A stretch of 64,000 nt of DNA from a virus, in IMG/VR virus record IMGVR_UViG_3300050343_000212; one strand, given 5' to 3'. Positions 1-11,909 of this stretch are shown here, piece by piece (positions within the stretch are counted from its first letter, which is position 1; every line of letters begins with the position of its first letter). Below the pieces are notes generated by a model. It was not told the DNA's origin. It saw nothing but the letters and a program-made list of their open reading frames with translations, and ran no database searches. The translations under genes and the position numbers were made by a program.

Positions 1-126
1 AATCTCAACAACGATATTGTCCTGTTGATCCCAACCAAGAGTATTCATTGTCTCAGCAATCTGTGATGCGAGCATAAAAAAAGGAGTATTGAACTCCCCT
101 CAATATAACTGAGTTATATTAGAGTG

Positions 127-423
127 TCAAGACCCTTTTTCAAAAAGATTTTCTAATCTTTCCTTTTGTTCTGCAAATTGTTTGTTATTCATTTTTGAGA
201 CATCAACGTACATCACTTGTTCTCCTACTTCAGGTGCCTCAGGATGCTTTGGTTGTGGAGGAGTCCTCATCTCTATGTTAATAGATTGAATGTTACTCCA
301 CATCATGGCAAAGGCAGCACCACCAATGGCGGCGAAACATACAAAATAAAAGAAGACTTCGAAGTTATTCATTATAAGTAAAGTGTTTTTGGATAACTTC
401 AATACGCTCTTCTTCGTGAGCAA
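127..423 (-). CDS. hypothetical membrane protein (cyanophage/cyanobacterial type)
   Basis: ORF with one hydrophobic segment followed by a KHPEAP motif; true start probably internal (MNNFEV). Confidence 0.6.
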   Translation of the reverse strand: MLTKKSVLKLSKNTLLIMNNFEVFFYFVCFAAIGGAAFAMMWSNIQSINIEMRTPPQPKHPEAPEVGEQVMYVDVSKMNNKQFAEQKERLENLFEKGS

Positions 424-595
424 TAATATCTAATTGTTCCTGAATAGCAGCAAGCACATCAGGGTGCTCACCAATACCAACAGGATTCTCTAGATATACT
501 TCAATGTTTGCTTTTGCTTTGGCAATGTTACCATCAGCATCAGCAATGAAGTGCTTCTAGACATTTTAAAACGGAGAGTAACAAGACATAGTAAT

Positions 596-844
596 TTAAG
601 AGTTAGTTTGTAGTGATGTCATTGTATCATGAAGTTCTCCAATATCAAGGAGACCTTCAGCACTGAACCAAGGGGCATTTGCCCAACTGAATCCTTCACC
701 CATAGTGCTATCGGGTGCTGTGATGTACCAATGACATGCTGTGTCTGGTACATCTACAGCACACTTAGACCAATCATCACTCCACTGTGGGACTTGTACC
801 CACATTAGAGCAGCAAACATAATACTGAAGAGTGATTTAATCAT
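596..844 (-). CDS. hypothetical secreted protein
   Basis: 82-aa ORF with signal-peptide-like N-terminus; start overlaps the stop of the DoxX-like gene. Confidence 0.6.
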   Translation of the reverse strand: MIKSLFSIMFAALMWVQVPQWSDDWSKCAVDVPDTACHWYITAPDSTMGEGFSWANAPWFSAEGLLDIGELHDTMTSLQTNS

Positions 845-1234
845 TTGTGAAGTCTCCGTTTTATGAGATGGTCTATTGAGAAATTACCTGGACCACTGAG
901 AACGATACATGCTGCACCTCCCCAGTAAAGAACTAAGAGTTCTAACAAGTAGATATTAAATCCAGATGTAACTAGGGCATGATAAATTGCGAATGATATT
1001 GTACCTAAGATTGCCAAGGCACCCAGACGAGTGCCAAGTCCACAGATAACCATCCAACTCCCCACAATCTCAGCAGAATGCTGCGAAGTATGAGGAGACG
1101 ATTGGGAATGGAAGATGCAATGGTCGTACAAATGCATCCGCAAAGTTTTCAATGTTCTCTAGTTTCTCATATCCATGATGGATAAGCATGGTGCCTAACG
1201 CTAATACGAAGTAGTAAGAATCCTAGAGATTGAA

Positions 1235-1238
<4 letters not shown>
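841..1238 (-). CDS. DoxX family membrane protein (frameshifted in this sequence)
   Basis: Pieces across frames read [32 protein letters not shown] and GPGNFSIDH, which are DoxX signatures. Confidence 0.75.
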
Positions 1239-2286
<1,048 letters not shown>

Positions 2287-2293
<7 letters not shown>

Positions 2294-2496
2294 TTTTTAC
2301 TTACCTCAAAATTTGTTTGATCACCTGGTGTATTTTCATAGGTAGAAGAATTTCCATATTCTTTATGGTCTTTGTAACCAACCATACGACCTTTCGTATT
2401 TTGAAGGGCGGGCATAAAGACAATGAATAGAAAAACTCCTGGTGCGCCGATGAATGCAACGGCAACAATCACATAATAAGTAAGAAGTTCAGTCAT
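2287..2496 (-). CDS. hypothetical small membrane protein between psbA and psbD
   Basis: 69-aa ORF with N-terminal hydrophobic segment. Confidence 0.55.
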
Positions 2497-2518
2497 AATA
2501 AAACTTTACAATAGGTGA

Positions 2519-2545
2519 GAAAAAAATAGGGACCCGAAGGTCCCT
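2519..2545 (-). terminator. intrinsic terminator after psbA
   Basis: GGGACC-TTCG-GGTCCC hairpin followed by a T run on the minus strand. Confidence 0.85.
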
Positions 2546-2571
2546 CTACTATACTATGAATTGATTAGATA

Positions 2572-3656
2572 TCAACCAACGATAGGTGCGGTGAGTGCAA
2601 CAGGAGTAGACTCAGCAGTTGCCAGATCGAGTGGGAAGTTGTGTGCGTTACGCTCATGCATTACTTCCATACCAAGACCAGCACGGTTCAATACATCCGC
2701 CCAGGTGTTCAACACACGACCTTGACCATCAAGGATGGACTGGTTGAAGTTGAAACCGTTCAGGTTGAATGCCATCGTGGAAACGCCAAGTGCGGTGAAC
2801 CAGATACCAACAACAGGCCATGCTGCCAGGAAGAAGTGAAGACTTCTAGAGTTGTTGAAAGAAGCGTATTGGAAGATCAAACGACCGAAGTAACCATGGG
2901 CTGCGACGATGTTATAGGTCTCTTCCTCTTGACCGAACTTGTAACCATAGTTCTGTGACTCTTGCTCGGTTGTCTCACGGACCAGTGAAGATGTAACCAA
3001 AGAACCGTGCATTGCACTGAGAAGAGTGAACCACCGAAGACACCAGCGACTCCCAACATGTGGAAGGGGTGCATCAGGATGTTATGTTCTGCTTGGAAGA
3101 CAAGCATGTAGTTGAATGTACCAGAGATACCCAAGGGCATCGCGTCGGAGAATGAACCTTGACCGAAAGGATAGACCAGGAATACTGCGGATGCTGCTGC
3201 TACAGGTGCAGAGTATGCAACACAGATCCAGGGTCTCATACCTAAACGATAAGAGAGTTCCCACTCACGTCCCATATAGGCATAGATGCCGATCAGGAAG
3301 TGGAAGACTACGAGTTGGAAAGGACCACCGTTATACAGCCACTCATCAAGTGATGCGGCTTCCCAGATGGGATAGAAGTGAAGACCAATTGCGTTGGAAG
3401 ATGGTACAACTGCACCAGAGATGATGTTGTTACCATACATGAGTGAACCAGCGACGGGTTCACGGATGCCGTCGATGTCCACAGGGGGAGCAGCGACGAA
3501 GGCGACGATGAAACAGATGGTTGCTGCCAACAGAGTTGGAATCATCAGTACGCCGAACCAACCGACATAGAGGCGGTTATTGGTAGAAGTTACCCACTCG
3601 CAGAAAGATTCCCACGAAGAGGTTGTTTGTTGTTGTTGAAGTGTAGCGTTAGCCAT
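2572..3656 (-). CDS. psbA: photosystem II D1 protein (one frameshift near 3010)
   Basis: [18 protein letters not shown] through [13 protein letters not shown]; no intron-sized insertion. Confidence 0.98.
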
Positions 3657-3664
3657 TGAATTGT

Positions 3665-3770
3665 ACTTAAAGTAAGATCATCAGGGAAATGATGGTTTTA
3701 CTATTCCTGTATCACCCTTAGATACAGGTATGAAAGACGTGTTTAGACACCCTAGAGGTCTTGGTTTAAG
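3665..3770 (-). ncRNA. structured psbA 5' leader, PhotoRC-II-like cis-regulatory RNA
   Basis: Hairpins CCTGTATC-TAAGGGT-GATACAGG and ATCAT-TTCCCTG-ATGAT with complementary AGGG/CCCT loops directly upstream of the psbA ATG; the position matches the PhotoRC-II motif. Covariance-model search not run. Confidence 0.7.
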
Positions 3771-3819
3771 GGGTGTTACGACTTGTTAAGGAATATGTTG
3801 GTTCCTTAACCTCTCGACT

Positions 3820-3881
3820 TATTTATAATAGTCCATTCCCTTCGGTCTGTCAACCTCTTGACACCAGTTCAAAAACTGTCT
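3820..3881 (-). promoter_or_regulatory. psbA composite promoter: sigma70-type, T4 late promoter and palindromic box
   Basis: Minus strand TTGACA(3848-53)-17-TATTAT(3825-30); TATAAATA at 3820-27; box CACCAGTT-CAAA-AACTGTCT at 3862-81. Confidence 0.8.
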
Positions 3882-3903
3882 ATGATAGGTTTGTCCAGGA
3901 TGA
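3858..3903 (+). promoter_or_regulatory. antisense sigma70-type promoter, copy 1
   Basis: TTGACA(3858-63)-17-TATGAT(3881-86) followed by AGGTTTGTCCAGGATGA. Confidence 0.65.
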
Positions 3904-3910
3904 TAAAGGA

Positions 3911-5940
3911 TTACTTAGCTTTCTTTTGAGCCTTAGCTACTTTCTTATCAATATGTGGATTGCCAGTCTTGGGCATTGACTTAGCAGAGATCGGATCTAA
4001 TCTATTATATCTGTTAGATACTTTCTTACCATCAACTAAATCTGGATGTTTCCCATTAACCATCTTAGGTGGTTCTTCCATTGGGAAACCAAGTGGTGCG
4101 GGTTTACCATCATAGTATCCAGGAATTCTATTTGTAATATCCTTGAATGACTTTTTGGTCTTTTCCATAATTGTTTCTCCTTCTGGTTCGTGATGGGCAA
4201 CCACAGGTTGTCGTCTTCTGTTAGCAAACGGAACTTGTGGACCCATAGGTTTATTACTAGGTACATAACCAGATCCAGGTGCTGTTTTTTGGCCAGGTTT
4301 TCTTGGCCATCGAATATTATTTGGACTATCACCAGGTTTATCTCTAATCGCAGCAATATTTCCATAATCATCACCATCTGCTTTTTTAACAGGGGGAGAT
4401 CCCGGACGTTTAAAGTCTTTAGGCATTGGAACAAATTTCTTACCTTTATTTGGATCTATGTATTCTTGACCTGGAGATCCACCAACTCCCCTTACAGCAA
4501 CCTCAGTATCACCACTACCAAAAGTTGCTTTTTTAACAGGAGGAGATCCCGGACGTTGAAAGTCTTTAGGTGGTGGAACAAATTTCTTACCTTTGTTTGG
4601 ATCTATGTATTCTTGACCAGGAGATCCACCAACTCCTTTACGGCAACCTGAGTATCACCACTACCAGAAGATGCTTTTTTAAGTAGATCCCCAGGACCTA
4701 TATTTGGAACATACTCCTGCATATGATCATCCCATGTCATATTTTTATTAGACCTCTCAGCACCAGATGGGCGAAGATTTCTCATAGTACCTGAATCGGG
4801 TCCTGGTTGTGATTGTGCCTGGTCCCAACTATCTGGCATAATAGTGTCAGAAGGTCTTGCAGTACTACCAGTCATACCAAGATACTTTAACATATACTCA
4901 TCACCCGCATCTAACATATCCATCAATTTCTTCTTTCGATCTTCTGCAGAAAGACCTTGCATTGATGGATCAGTTCTAATAAATGCAGTTGCCTCTGGAC
5001 TATCCAAGACTAACAAAGACATTCATTGGAGTTCTTCTTTGAAAATTCGTAGCAGTAATTGTATATAAATTAGACCCTCTGTTAGCGAATGATCCATATA
5101 AACTGAATACTTGATTCCATATAGCAAGTCGGTCTTGATCAGTGATTGGATCTCCTGAGGGGGCTTGATATCCTCTAGGGTTTCCATCCGATAAAGCATT
5201 TACCCACCAAACTTCTCCAAATAAAAGTTTTACACTTTCGGAAGTTGGATAATTTGGTGGAAATGGAGATGGAGGATTTCCTAATCTCAACATACCCATA
5301 GCACCTAAAGAATCAGTTGAGTTCATAGTCCCACTAAAAATACTTTTGCCTACAAGATATTCATTTGTATACTCTTGTTGATAAGAACTATTCCCATCAC
5401 TAGATACACTGTAAAAAATACGCAAATCTTTTACATTTGCTTCTTTAGGTAATTCAAAAACTTGTGTTCCACCAACCGCAGAAAAAGTTCCTAAAAGTCC
5501 AAAATCTGAAGATGAAACCCACTGAACTTTTAAAGGATTACTTGATTTTGGAGCATCAATTCCAGTACCAATAGTAACAGTTACTTTTAAATTATTAACT
5601 TGTGTAGCATCAAATGCACTGGTCGCATTAGAAAGTGACCAGTCTACAGCAGAACCTCCACCACTAGGCAATTGATCAAAAGATAGTCCAGATGCAGAAA
5701 CTGTTCCTGCATCATTACCTGACCCTATCCAAGTATCTGCATTACTCACATCAACATTAACTAAATCAACATCTCCAGTAGCAGCGAGAGTTGTGCTCAT
5801 GAAAGAAGATGTAGTCATACTTTCATCAAGATCACATCTCCAATTAGAAAAATATGGACTATTAAGGTTTTTTAGTTCCTCTCTAAATTTGTTCTCTGAT
5901 CTCATCAGCAATTTTCTTTCTTTTTATTTTCTCTTCATGC
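3911..5940 (-). CDS. large hypothetical Pro/Gly/Lys-rich protein, probably one gene broken into ORFs 5000-5911, 4603-5022 and 3911-4426
   Basis: Abutting same-strand ORFs; the repeat unit continues across the frame break. Confidence 0.55.
4381..4680. repeat. two tandem copies of a 147-bp (49-aa) coding repeat
   Basis: Units start at 4381 and 4528, with a partial third at 4674; unit KATFGSGDTEVAVRGVGGSPGQEYIDPNKGKKFVPMPKDFKRPGSPPVK. Confidence 0.9.
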
Positions 5941-6022
5941 AGTTCTTTTACACGACTCATATCAATGTGCTTACGTGCTTTCTTATATAAATTCATTCGA
6001 CTAGAACTTTTAGTTATTTATT

Positions 6023-6148
6023 TCAGTTAGCATACTCCTTCACAGCACTCATAACTTTCCACAGGTACTCTTTTGCATAGCCTTTGTACTCTTGTGGAGC
6101 ATGATCTTTTTCTAATTGATTGAAAATGTTATATATTTTTGTTTCCAT
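6023..6148 (-). CDS. small hypothetical protein (41 aa)
   Basis: METKIYNIFNQLEKDHAPQEYKGYAKEYLWKVMSAVKEYAN, read by hand. Confidence 0.5.
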   Translation of the reverse strand: METKIYNIFNQLEKDHAPQEYKGYAKEYLWKVMSAVKEYAN

Positions 6149-6155
6149 ATCAATC

Positions 6156-6434
6156 TTAGTCAGTCTTCCTCTTGGCATCGTCTAATTCCTTATCAAGGTT
6201 ATCTATGAAGTGAGCTCTCTTTGTCCAAGAGTCAGCCTCTCCATATGTATGTCCTTTTTTGTGAGTGGGATTTATACAATCGTTAAAATCTTTCTGACCA
6301 CATACAAGATTGCTTAAATCTTTCTCATTACCAATTTTCCCTGTACTCCAGTAGTGTTGTCCATTCAACCATACAGCACCACATCTGGGACACTCTTCAC
6401 GTTTGAGACTTAAATCTGAATGTATATCTGACAT
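6156..6434 (-). CDS. hypothetical protein with CxxC motif
   Basis: ECPRCGAVWLNGQHYWSTG. Confidence 0.7.
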   Translation of the reverse strand: MSDIHSDLSLKREECPRCGAVWLNGQHYWSTGKIGNEKDLSNLVCGQKDFNDCINPTHKKGHTYGEADSWTKRAHFIDNLDKELDDAKRKTD

Positions 6435-6574
6435 ATATTGGTGCAGAATAAAGTAGCAGTTGTAAATATTTACACATTTAATTATCTCTTTTCAATTGTT
6501 TGTAGCGATACAAAAATATTTTGTCAAGAAAATTTACTTTCTAAATAAGAATACATACCCTTCTCGGTTTATCT

Positions 6575-7070
6575 ATGAATAGGTTTCTACCTTTCATAAT
6601 GATATTGATGACCGCATCAGCAGCAAATGCAGGTGCCCTTAATCATAAATTATCTTCTAGTGTTCAATTGACCGTTGATGCTGCTCAAACTAATGTTACA
6701 AGACTGGGTAGCACATTTTCTATATCAGGTAATGGTGTAGATACTACTGACGGAACCACCGTTAATACAATTTCTACTGGTGCAATTACTTCTGGCATCT
6801 ATGCTCCAGGTACAATTGCTGCAACTCAAGACACCCCAGGAAACGCTTTTAGTTTCTCTCAGTCTTACACACAGGCTGATGCAATCCCAACTAGTGCAGT
6901 CACTGTAGGTCAGGTTGCAAACTTCGGCAACATTACATCTTCAACTGCAGGTGTAGCAGGCGATCTAGCTGGTACTATCGGAACCAACTGGTGCTCTCAC
7001 AATCACGGCTGGTGGTGCTGGTACAAATGCTACTGGACAATTTGTCTCTGAGCTTACGATTCTACACTAA
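6575..7070 (+). CDS. secreted Ser/Thr/Gly-rich hypothetical protein (frameshift near C-terminus)
   Basis: Signal peptide ending ASAANA; preceded by late-promoter-like CTAAATA at 6541. Confidence 0.7.
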
Positions 7071-7090
7071 ATAAATGGAGGTCAGAAATC

Positions 7091-7561
7091 ATGACTTCTG
7101 GAAGGACAATCTTTTGGTATGTAATAAGTGCGGTGGTTGCAAGTGTCACACCTGCAACTGCCCTGGCGGTCCCCGTGGTCCCAAACTTCAGCCAGGGATC
7201 CATGACGAGTCACACAGAGACAACATCGAAGGTGACTGAAACGATTAACTCTATAGATTATGCAACAGGATGGCAGTATTCAGTATCGGGAACAAACGTG
7301 ACCAACGGGGGACAATCTCTCAGTCCGAACCCAACAACCAACTCAGTGATTGTGAATCCATTAGGAGGAACAGAGGGGCAAGTAACAAGCGCCAACTCTG
7401 GTCTCGATTTAAATGGACAGAGTTTCACAATTGCGGAACCAGGAACAGCATTTCAGTTCACTCAGACCTACATGGGACCGGGTGTAACGAATCAAACTGT
7501 GATTCAAAGAACCACAGACGTTACAAGCAATAACCGACACAACTTCAATCTTTACTCAATA
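7091..7561 (+). CDS. secreted hypothetical protein
   Basis: Signal peptide ending ATALA then VPVVPNF; probable true stop TAA at 7559-61. Confidence 0.65.
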
Positions 7562-8564
7562 AAAGCATTATGTCTATCTGCACTGACTGTGGTTGTAACT
7601 GTCCCTGCACATGCAGCGGATGTAGGGGGTGTGAGTGCAACAGCAAACCCAATCGCAAATAGTTCAGGCTCAGTTACAAACCAAGCTATTCAGGTCTTAC
7701 AGGGACCATACATCACGAATCAATATGGTGGTGGTATTGCATGTCAAGGACCGACTGCTAATATCACACCATTCATTACTCATGCTCGTAGTGAGAAGGA
7801 TCCATTTGAGAGATACTATTATGGAACCTCAGTATGACAACAGAGATTTTGAACGGTCAGATTGGTAGAAACTCAGAAAGTAGTAAAGAACTTTCCTTGG
7901 GAACCACATTATGATAATAGAACATATACAAACTCAGAAGGTGAGGACTGTTCGAGCCTATGAAGATGGTGCAGACATGACTATCACCACCATGGAAATG
8001 CAGGTGATGGTGTCCCCGATAATCCAGGGTCAGAACTCTGGCAAGAAACCAGTAAGAACTGGTGATGCAATTAATAACAGTACAAGTCTTGGTTTATCTG
8101 CAACACTTTCTTTCCCACTTGATGGTGGAATACAAGAACGTTGTAAGACAGCAGCAGATACTCAGATTGCTTTACAAGGTCAGATGCTTGCTAATAAAAG
8201 ATTAGACTTTGAGATCGCGAGACTTAAGAATTGTGGTGAATTAATGCAGAGGGGAATTAGTTTCCACCCACGTAGCCCTTACTATAAAATATGTGCAGAC
8301 ATTGTAGTTAATAATGTCACTGGTGTCAAGCAACATCGTCACTCTATCCCTTCGGTTTCAGTGCCGAACGTAAGATCTTTATCGCCCGGTTCCGGTCGCG
8401 TTGCTCCGCCTTCCTCTCAGACGCAGACAGTACCGGGGGTTTCTTACCCCGTAAGGTCGCAATCTTCTTCACAACCTTCTTCGTCACAGGTTTCACCACT
8501 TTTAACAAAAGGTCAGCAAGAGGTTTTGCAAGCAGTGCCGAGGTCGTTGCCACCACGGCAATAG
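7545..8564 (+). CDS. secreted hypothetical protein (several frameshifts)
   Basis: PAHA-ADVGGVSATANPIANSSGSVTNQAIQVLQGPY through RLDFEIARLKNCGELM; start codon not resolved. Confidence 0.6.
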
Positions 8565-9159
8565 ATGCAGTAACAGTTACAGCACCTGGAGATGGTAGGT
8601 TAGCAACAATCTGATCTGGTATATTTAAATTCTCAAATACAGGGAGACATTCTTTTCCTACTGTCTCATACCTGACTATCTTTTTATTATTTTCTAATAC
8701 TTTTCCTACAGGGTTCTTTAACTGTTGCTCTCTTGTAGGACACTCTGCTAATGTGCATCGTCAGTTTTAGGAGCTGATGGTGTTTTGGTAGTCTGTTTTA
8801 GTATCCTCTTCTTTCTCAGGAGATTTCATAGGTGGAGGCGGTGGTGCCTCTGTTGTCATTTCTAACTTATTTGGATCATAATCAATGGGATAAAAATTAG
8901 GAGTTCCAGCATCACAGAATACCTGGACACCATCCTTATCATCATCCTTTAGTGTTTGATTCTCACTACTATCTCTATGGGACTCTACACATCCAGGTAT
9001 ATTAACAATAGGAACACCCACCTGTGTAGTCACGGGTGGGTAAACTGGTAGTGCCTGTGGAGGATTAACCATCCAATCAGGCATTACATTAATGCTTAAA
9101 TCACGAATATTACCGATACGAATATCATTATTAGGAATATTAATATTAGGTATATCCAT
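8344..9159 (-). CDS. hypothetical protein (ORFs 8767-9159 and 8344-8556 probably one gene)
   Basis: VPIVNIPGCVESH at the N-terminus; C-terminal hydrophobic segment and basic tail. Confidence 0.6.
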
Positions 9160-9162
9160 AAT

Positions 9163-9412
9163 TTAAGGAAGTCTCAGACCACCCTCTCCCATAGGAACTA
9201 CACCACCTGTTGTTTTAGGAACATCAGGCATTGCAGAATCTAACATTCCAGGAAGTTCTCCTGCAATTGCTTCTGTTGCTGCTGATGCTATTTGACTTTT
9301 TACATTCTCAATAATAGAATCCTTATTGAGATATAGTGCAGTACCACCTCCGATGATACCAGCAGTTCCTACAAATGAATAGGACTGCTAGAACATTAAT
9401 TACTTTTTGCAT
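9163..9412 (-). CDS. hypothetical membrane protein (frameshifted)
   Basis: MQKVINVLAV..FVGTAGIIGGGTALYLNKDSII, read by hand. Confidence 0.55.
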
Positions 9413-9540
9413 AATTTTACCATTGTCATTATACTATCTAGTTATCTTTTAATCTTTTTTGATGTCACAAGTTAGTTCGCAGTTTTCCCCTCCAAATTCA
9501 GAGTCTAGGAATAAACACGGAAGATCCACAGACAGCACTT

Positions 9541-10017
9541 CTACACCATCGTACCGTGTGATCTTCTGATTTCTCTGAGTGCTTCGAGATCCATATTTTT
9601 AGTTCCTCCATCATATGCATGAGCATAACCCTCCTCAATCATTTGTTCGTTGAGTGACACGTCTGCGTCCCCAATGTAAAGCCAACCAAGAAGACGCCCA
9701 TACTTCCCAGTGCCACCAACAAGTTCAGTCCTAACAGACAACTCATCATCACCAGCCAAAGTGCCTTCGAGTTTTTCTTTGAGCCAGTTGGTTGCTTCGA
9801 TTCCAAGTGCCTTCTCCTCTAGATTTCTAGTTCTTTTCTCCGGTGTATCAACTCCTGCAACTCTAACTCTTTCTTTCTTGTATAAATCAAACCCGAGGTC
9901 AATAGTGACATCGATAGTATCGCCATCAAGAACACGATTAATCTCCGTTACTCTGAAATTGTAGCAGGACTTCCTGCTTGGTGGTGTCATTGCTCCCATA
10001 GGTAATCTCCTTGGCAT
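9541..10017 (-). CDS. thermonuclease (SNase-like) family nuclease
   Basis: RVLDGDTIDV, RVRVAGVDTPE, GKYGRLLG and LNEQMIEEGYA motifs. Confidence 0.88.
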   Translation of the reverse strand: MPRRLPMGAMTPPSRKSCYNFRVTEINRVLDGDTIDVTIDLGFDLYKKERVRVAGVDTPEKRTRNLEEKALGIEATNWLKEKLEGTLAGDDELSVRTELVGGTGKYGRLLGWLYIGDADVSLNEQMIEEGYAHAYDGGTKNMDLEALREIRRSHGTMV

Positions 10018-10210
10018 CTGCTGCCATTGCTAAACCGATAATTGTGATTGCTGCTGATATGACGGCACCAGCACCCCAAACCCACCTTTCAAGTTTACGA
10101 ATCCTGTCACGAAACTCTTCTTGAGTTTTCTCAGCATCTTCAATCCTGTGTGTCAGGAGTGCTATCTGCTGGTCCTGGTTCGCATCTTTCTGGTTGATTT
10201 GGTCTGCCAT
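9938..10210 (-). CDS. hypothetical coiled-coil/membrane protein
   Basis: Coiled-coil-like segment then hydrophobic WVWGAGAVISAAITIIGL. Confidence 0.55.
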   Translation of the reverse strand: MADQINQKDANQDQQIALLTHRIEDAEKTQEEFRDRIRKLERWVWGAGAVISAAITIIGLAMAADAKEITYGSNDTTKQEVLLQFQSNGD

Positions 10211-10358
10211 CGTCTAATTCAGCAAATGCTTCTCTTAGTATGTATATGACTACAAACAATGCACCTATGCAACTGCAAGTATCACACATATAATTACTGA
10301 CCATACAGGATCATCTAGCATTATCAAAGGACGTAATAATAAATTCATAATCTATTAC

Positions 10359-11504
10359 CACTATTTGGAGATGGTATTAGTTGATATGCCATCTTATCTC
10401 TTAATTGATTGATGCGTTCGTCATCATACTGTTTGAAGTTTCCTCGTTTCTCAACCTTCTTGTAGTAGTGTAATGCATTGAGGATGATTGCATAGTCATC
10501 CATATCTAATTCAAAGTTCATTTAACTGCAGATACCCATACCGCAAGTTTGAGAATGATGAAGATGATAAGGAGTGGTGACAATGATAACAATAGAGTTA
10601 GTTTCATATACCGTCCCCTTCCCAGAACTCCTCCCAGTCATATTGGGAGTATGTCACATCCACCCAACCAGGTTCATAATTGTGTTCTGAATCATCAATT
10701 AAATTTTCAAGAAAAATTTCATATACCCTATTCTGTAATGATTGATGTAAATCTTTAGTGTTCATGGTGTTTCTTGGTGAATGGTTCCCAATGTTGCCAG
10801 TCATACTTATGTACAGCCCACATACCTAACACCGGGACATATACTAAAGACAAGCATAAACCACCTAGTGTTATAGGATTATTTAACAACCAAGCTGAAA
10901 AGTGAATCACAAATTTCCTCCCCAGGCATCCCACCTGTCTTTAAAGTAAAAATTAATTGATACTAAAGTTCCATCTGGTGTCTCTTCATTGGACTCTGAC
11001 CACTTATGGCAGAATTCATGGATATCTTTTGAAGCACTAACTGTATTTGTTCCATACATTCTAGAAAAAGCACTCATGGAAAAATTATAACGTAATTTAA
11101 TCTTTTCAGAATTCATTTATTTTAAAACCTTATGTGCTGTACCATGACCATCATACTTACTACTTTCATAGTAAAAATTTTCACCTCTATAAAATCCAAA
11201 TATTATAGTAAGGAACACGAATGGGATTGACACCCATATTAAAACGTCTGATAAAACCATCTGAAAAATACCTTTACAATGATTGTTATGAACCTAAGAC
11301 AAAACTCTACTTTATACTTAAGTCTAACCAATCTGTCAATGGCGGAATGATCCCAAGTAATCTGAGTAGACCCTCAGAAAATAAAGCGAGAACAACCCAC
11401 CCGACAGAGAAACTGATAATAGAAGCGTTGCGATTATGTCGTCGAATAGCATCATCAATCATCTCCTGACATTGTTCTTTGGTTATATAATTCTTACTCG
11501 ACAT
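10359..11504 (-). CDS. run of small hypothetical ORFs (incl. 10604-10804, 10907-11116, 11307-11504)
   Basis: Closely packed short minus-strand ORFs. Confidence 0.5.
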
Positions 11505-11835
11505 GAACTACGCCAGTCATACCTGCACCCTGATGGGGACCACAGAAGAAGTTATAATCTCCTGTGTCAGCAAATACAACGTCTTGTGATTCTCCTGGAG
11601 CAAACAACAATGCTTCTCTAGAAAGATCTGGACGTGCCTCAACAATAATATTGTGAGGAGGTAGTGATTCATTAATGAAGTGAACTGTATCACCAGCAGA
11701 GATTGTGATCTCATTCGGTGAGAATGCTAGGTTACCATTAGCACCCATTGCTACATCTACTGCATACGCACCCTTAGGTAAGAAAAAAATGAATGCCGCT
11801 ATTGTAGCGAGAATCATTGCACGAACAAAATTCAT
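11494..11835 (-). CDS. petE: plastocyanin
   Basis: Signal peptide; PPHNI and YNFFCGPHQGAGM provide copper ligands His, Cys, His, Met. Confidence 0.95.
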   Translation of the reverse strand: MNFVRAMILATIAAFIFFLPKGAYAVDVAMGANGNLAFSPNEITISAGDTVHFINESLPPHNIIVEARPDLSREALLFAPGESQDVVFADTGDYNFFCGPHQGAGMTGVVHVE

Positions 11836-11909
11836 TATGTTTTTTATTACTACACTATCTATTATAGTAGTATATTCTTATTGTGGTAATATGTTAGTGA
11901 GTCCTAACC

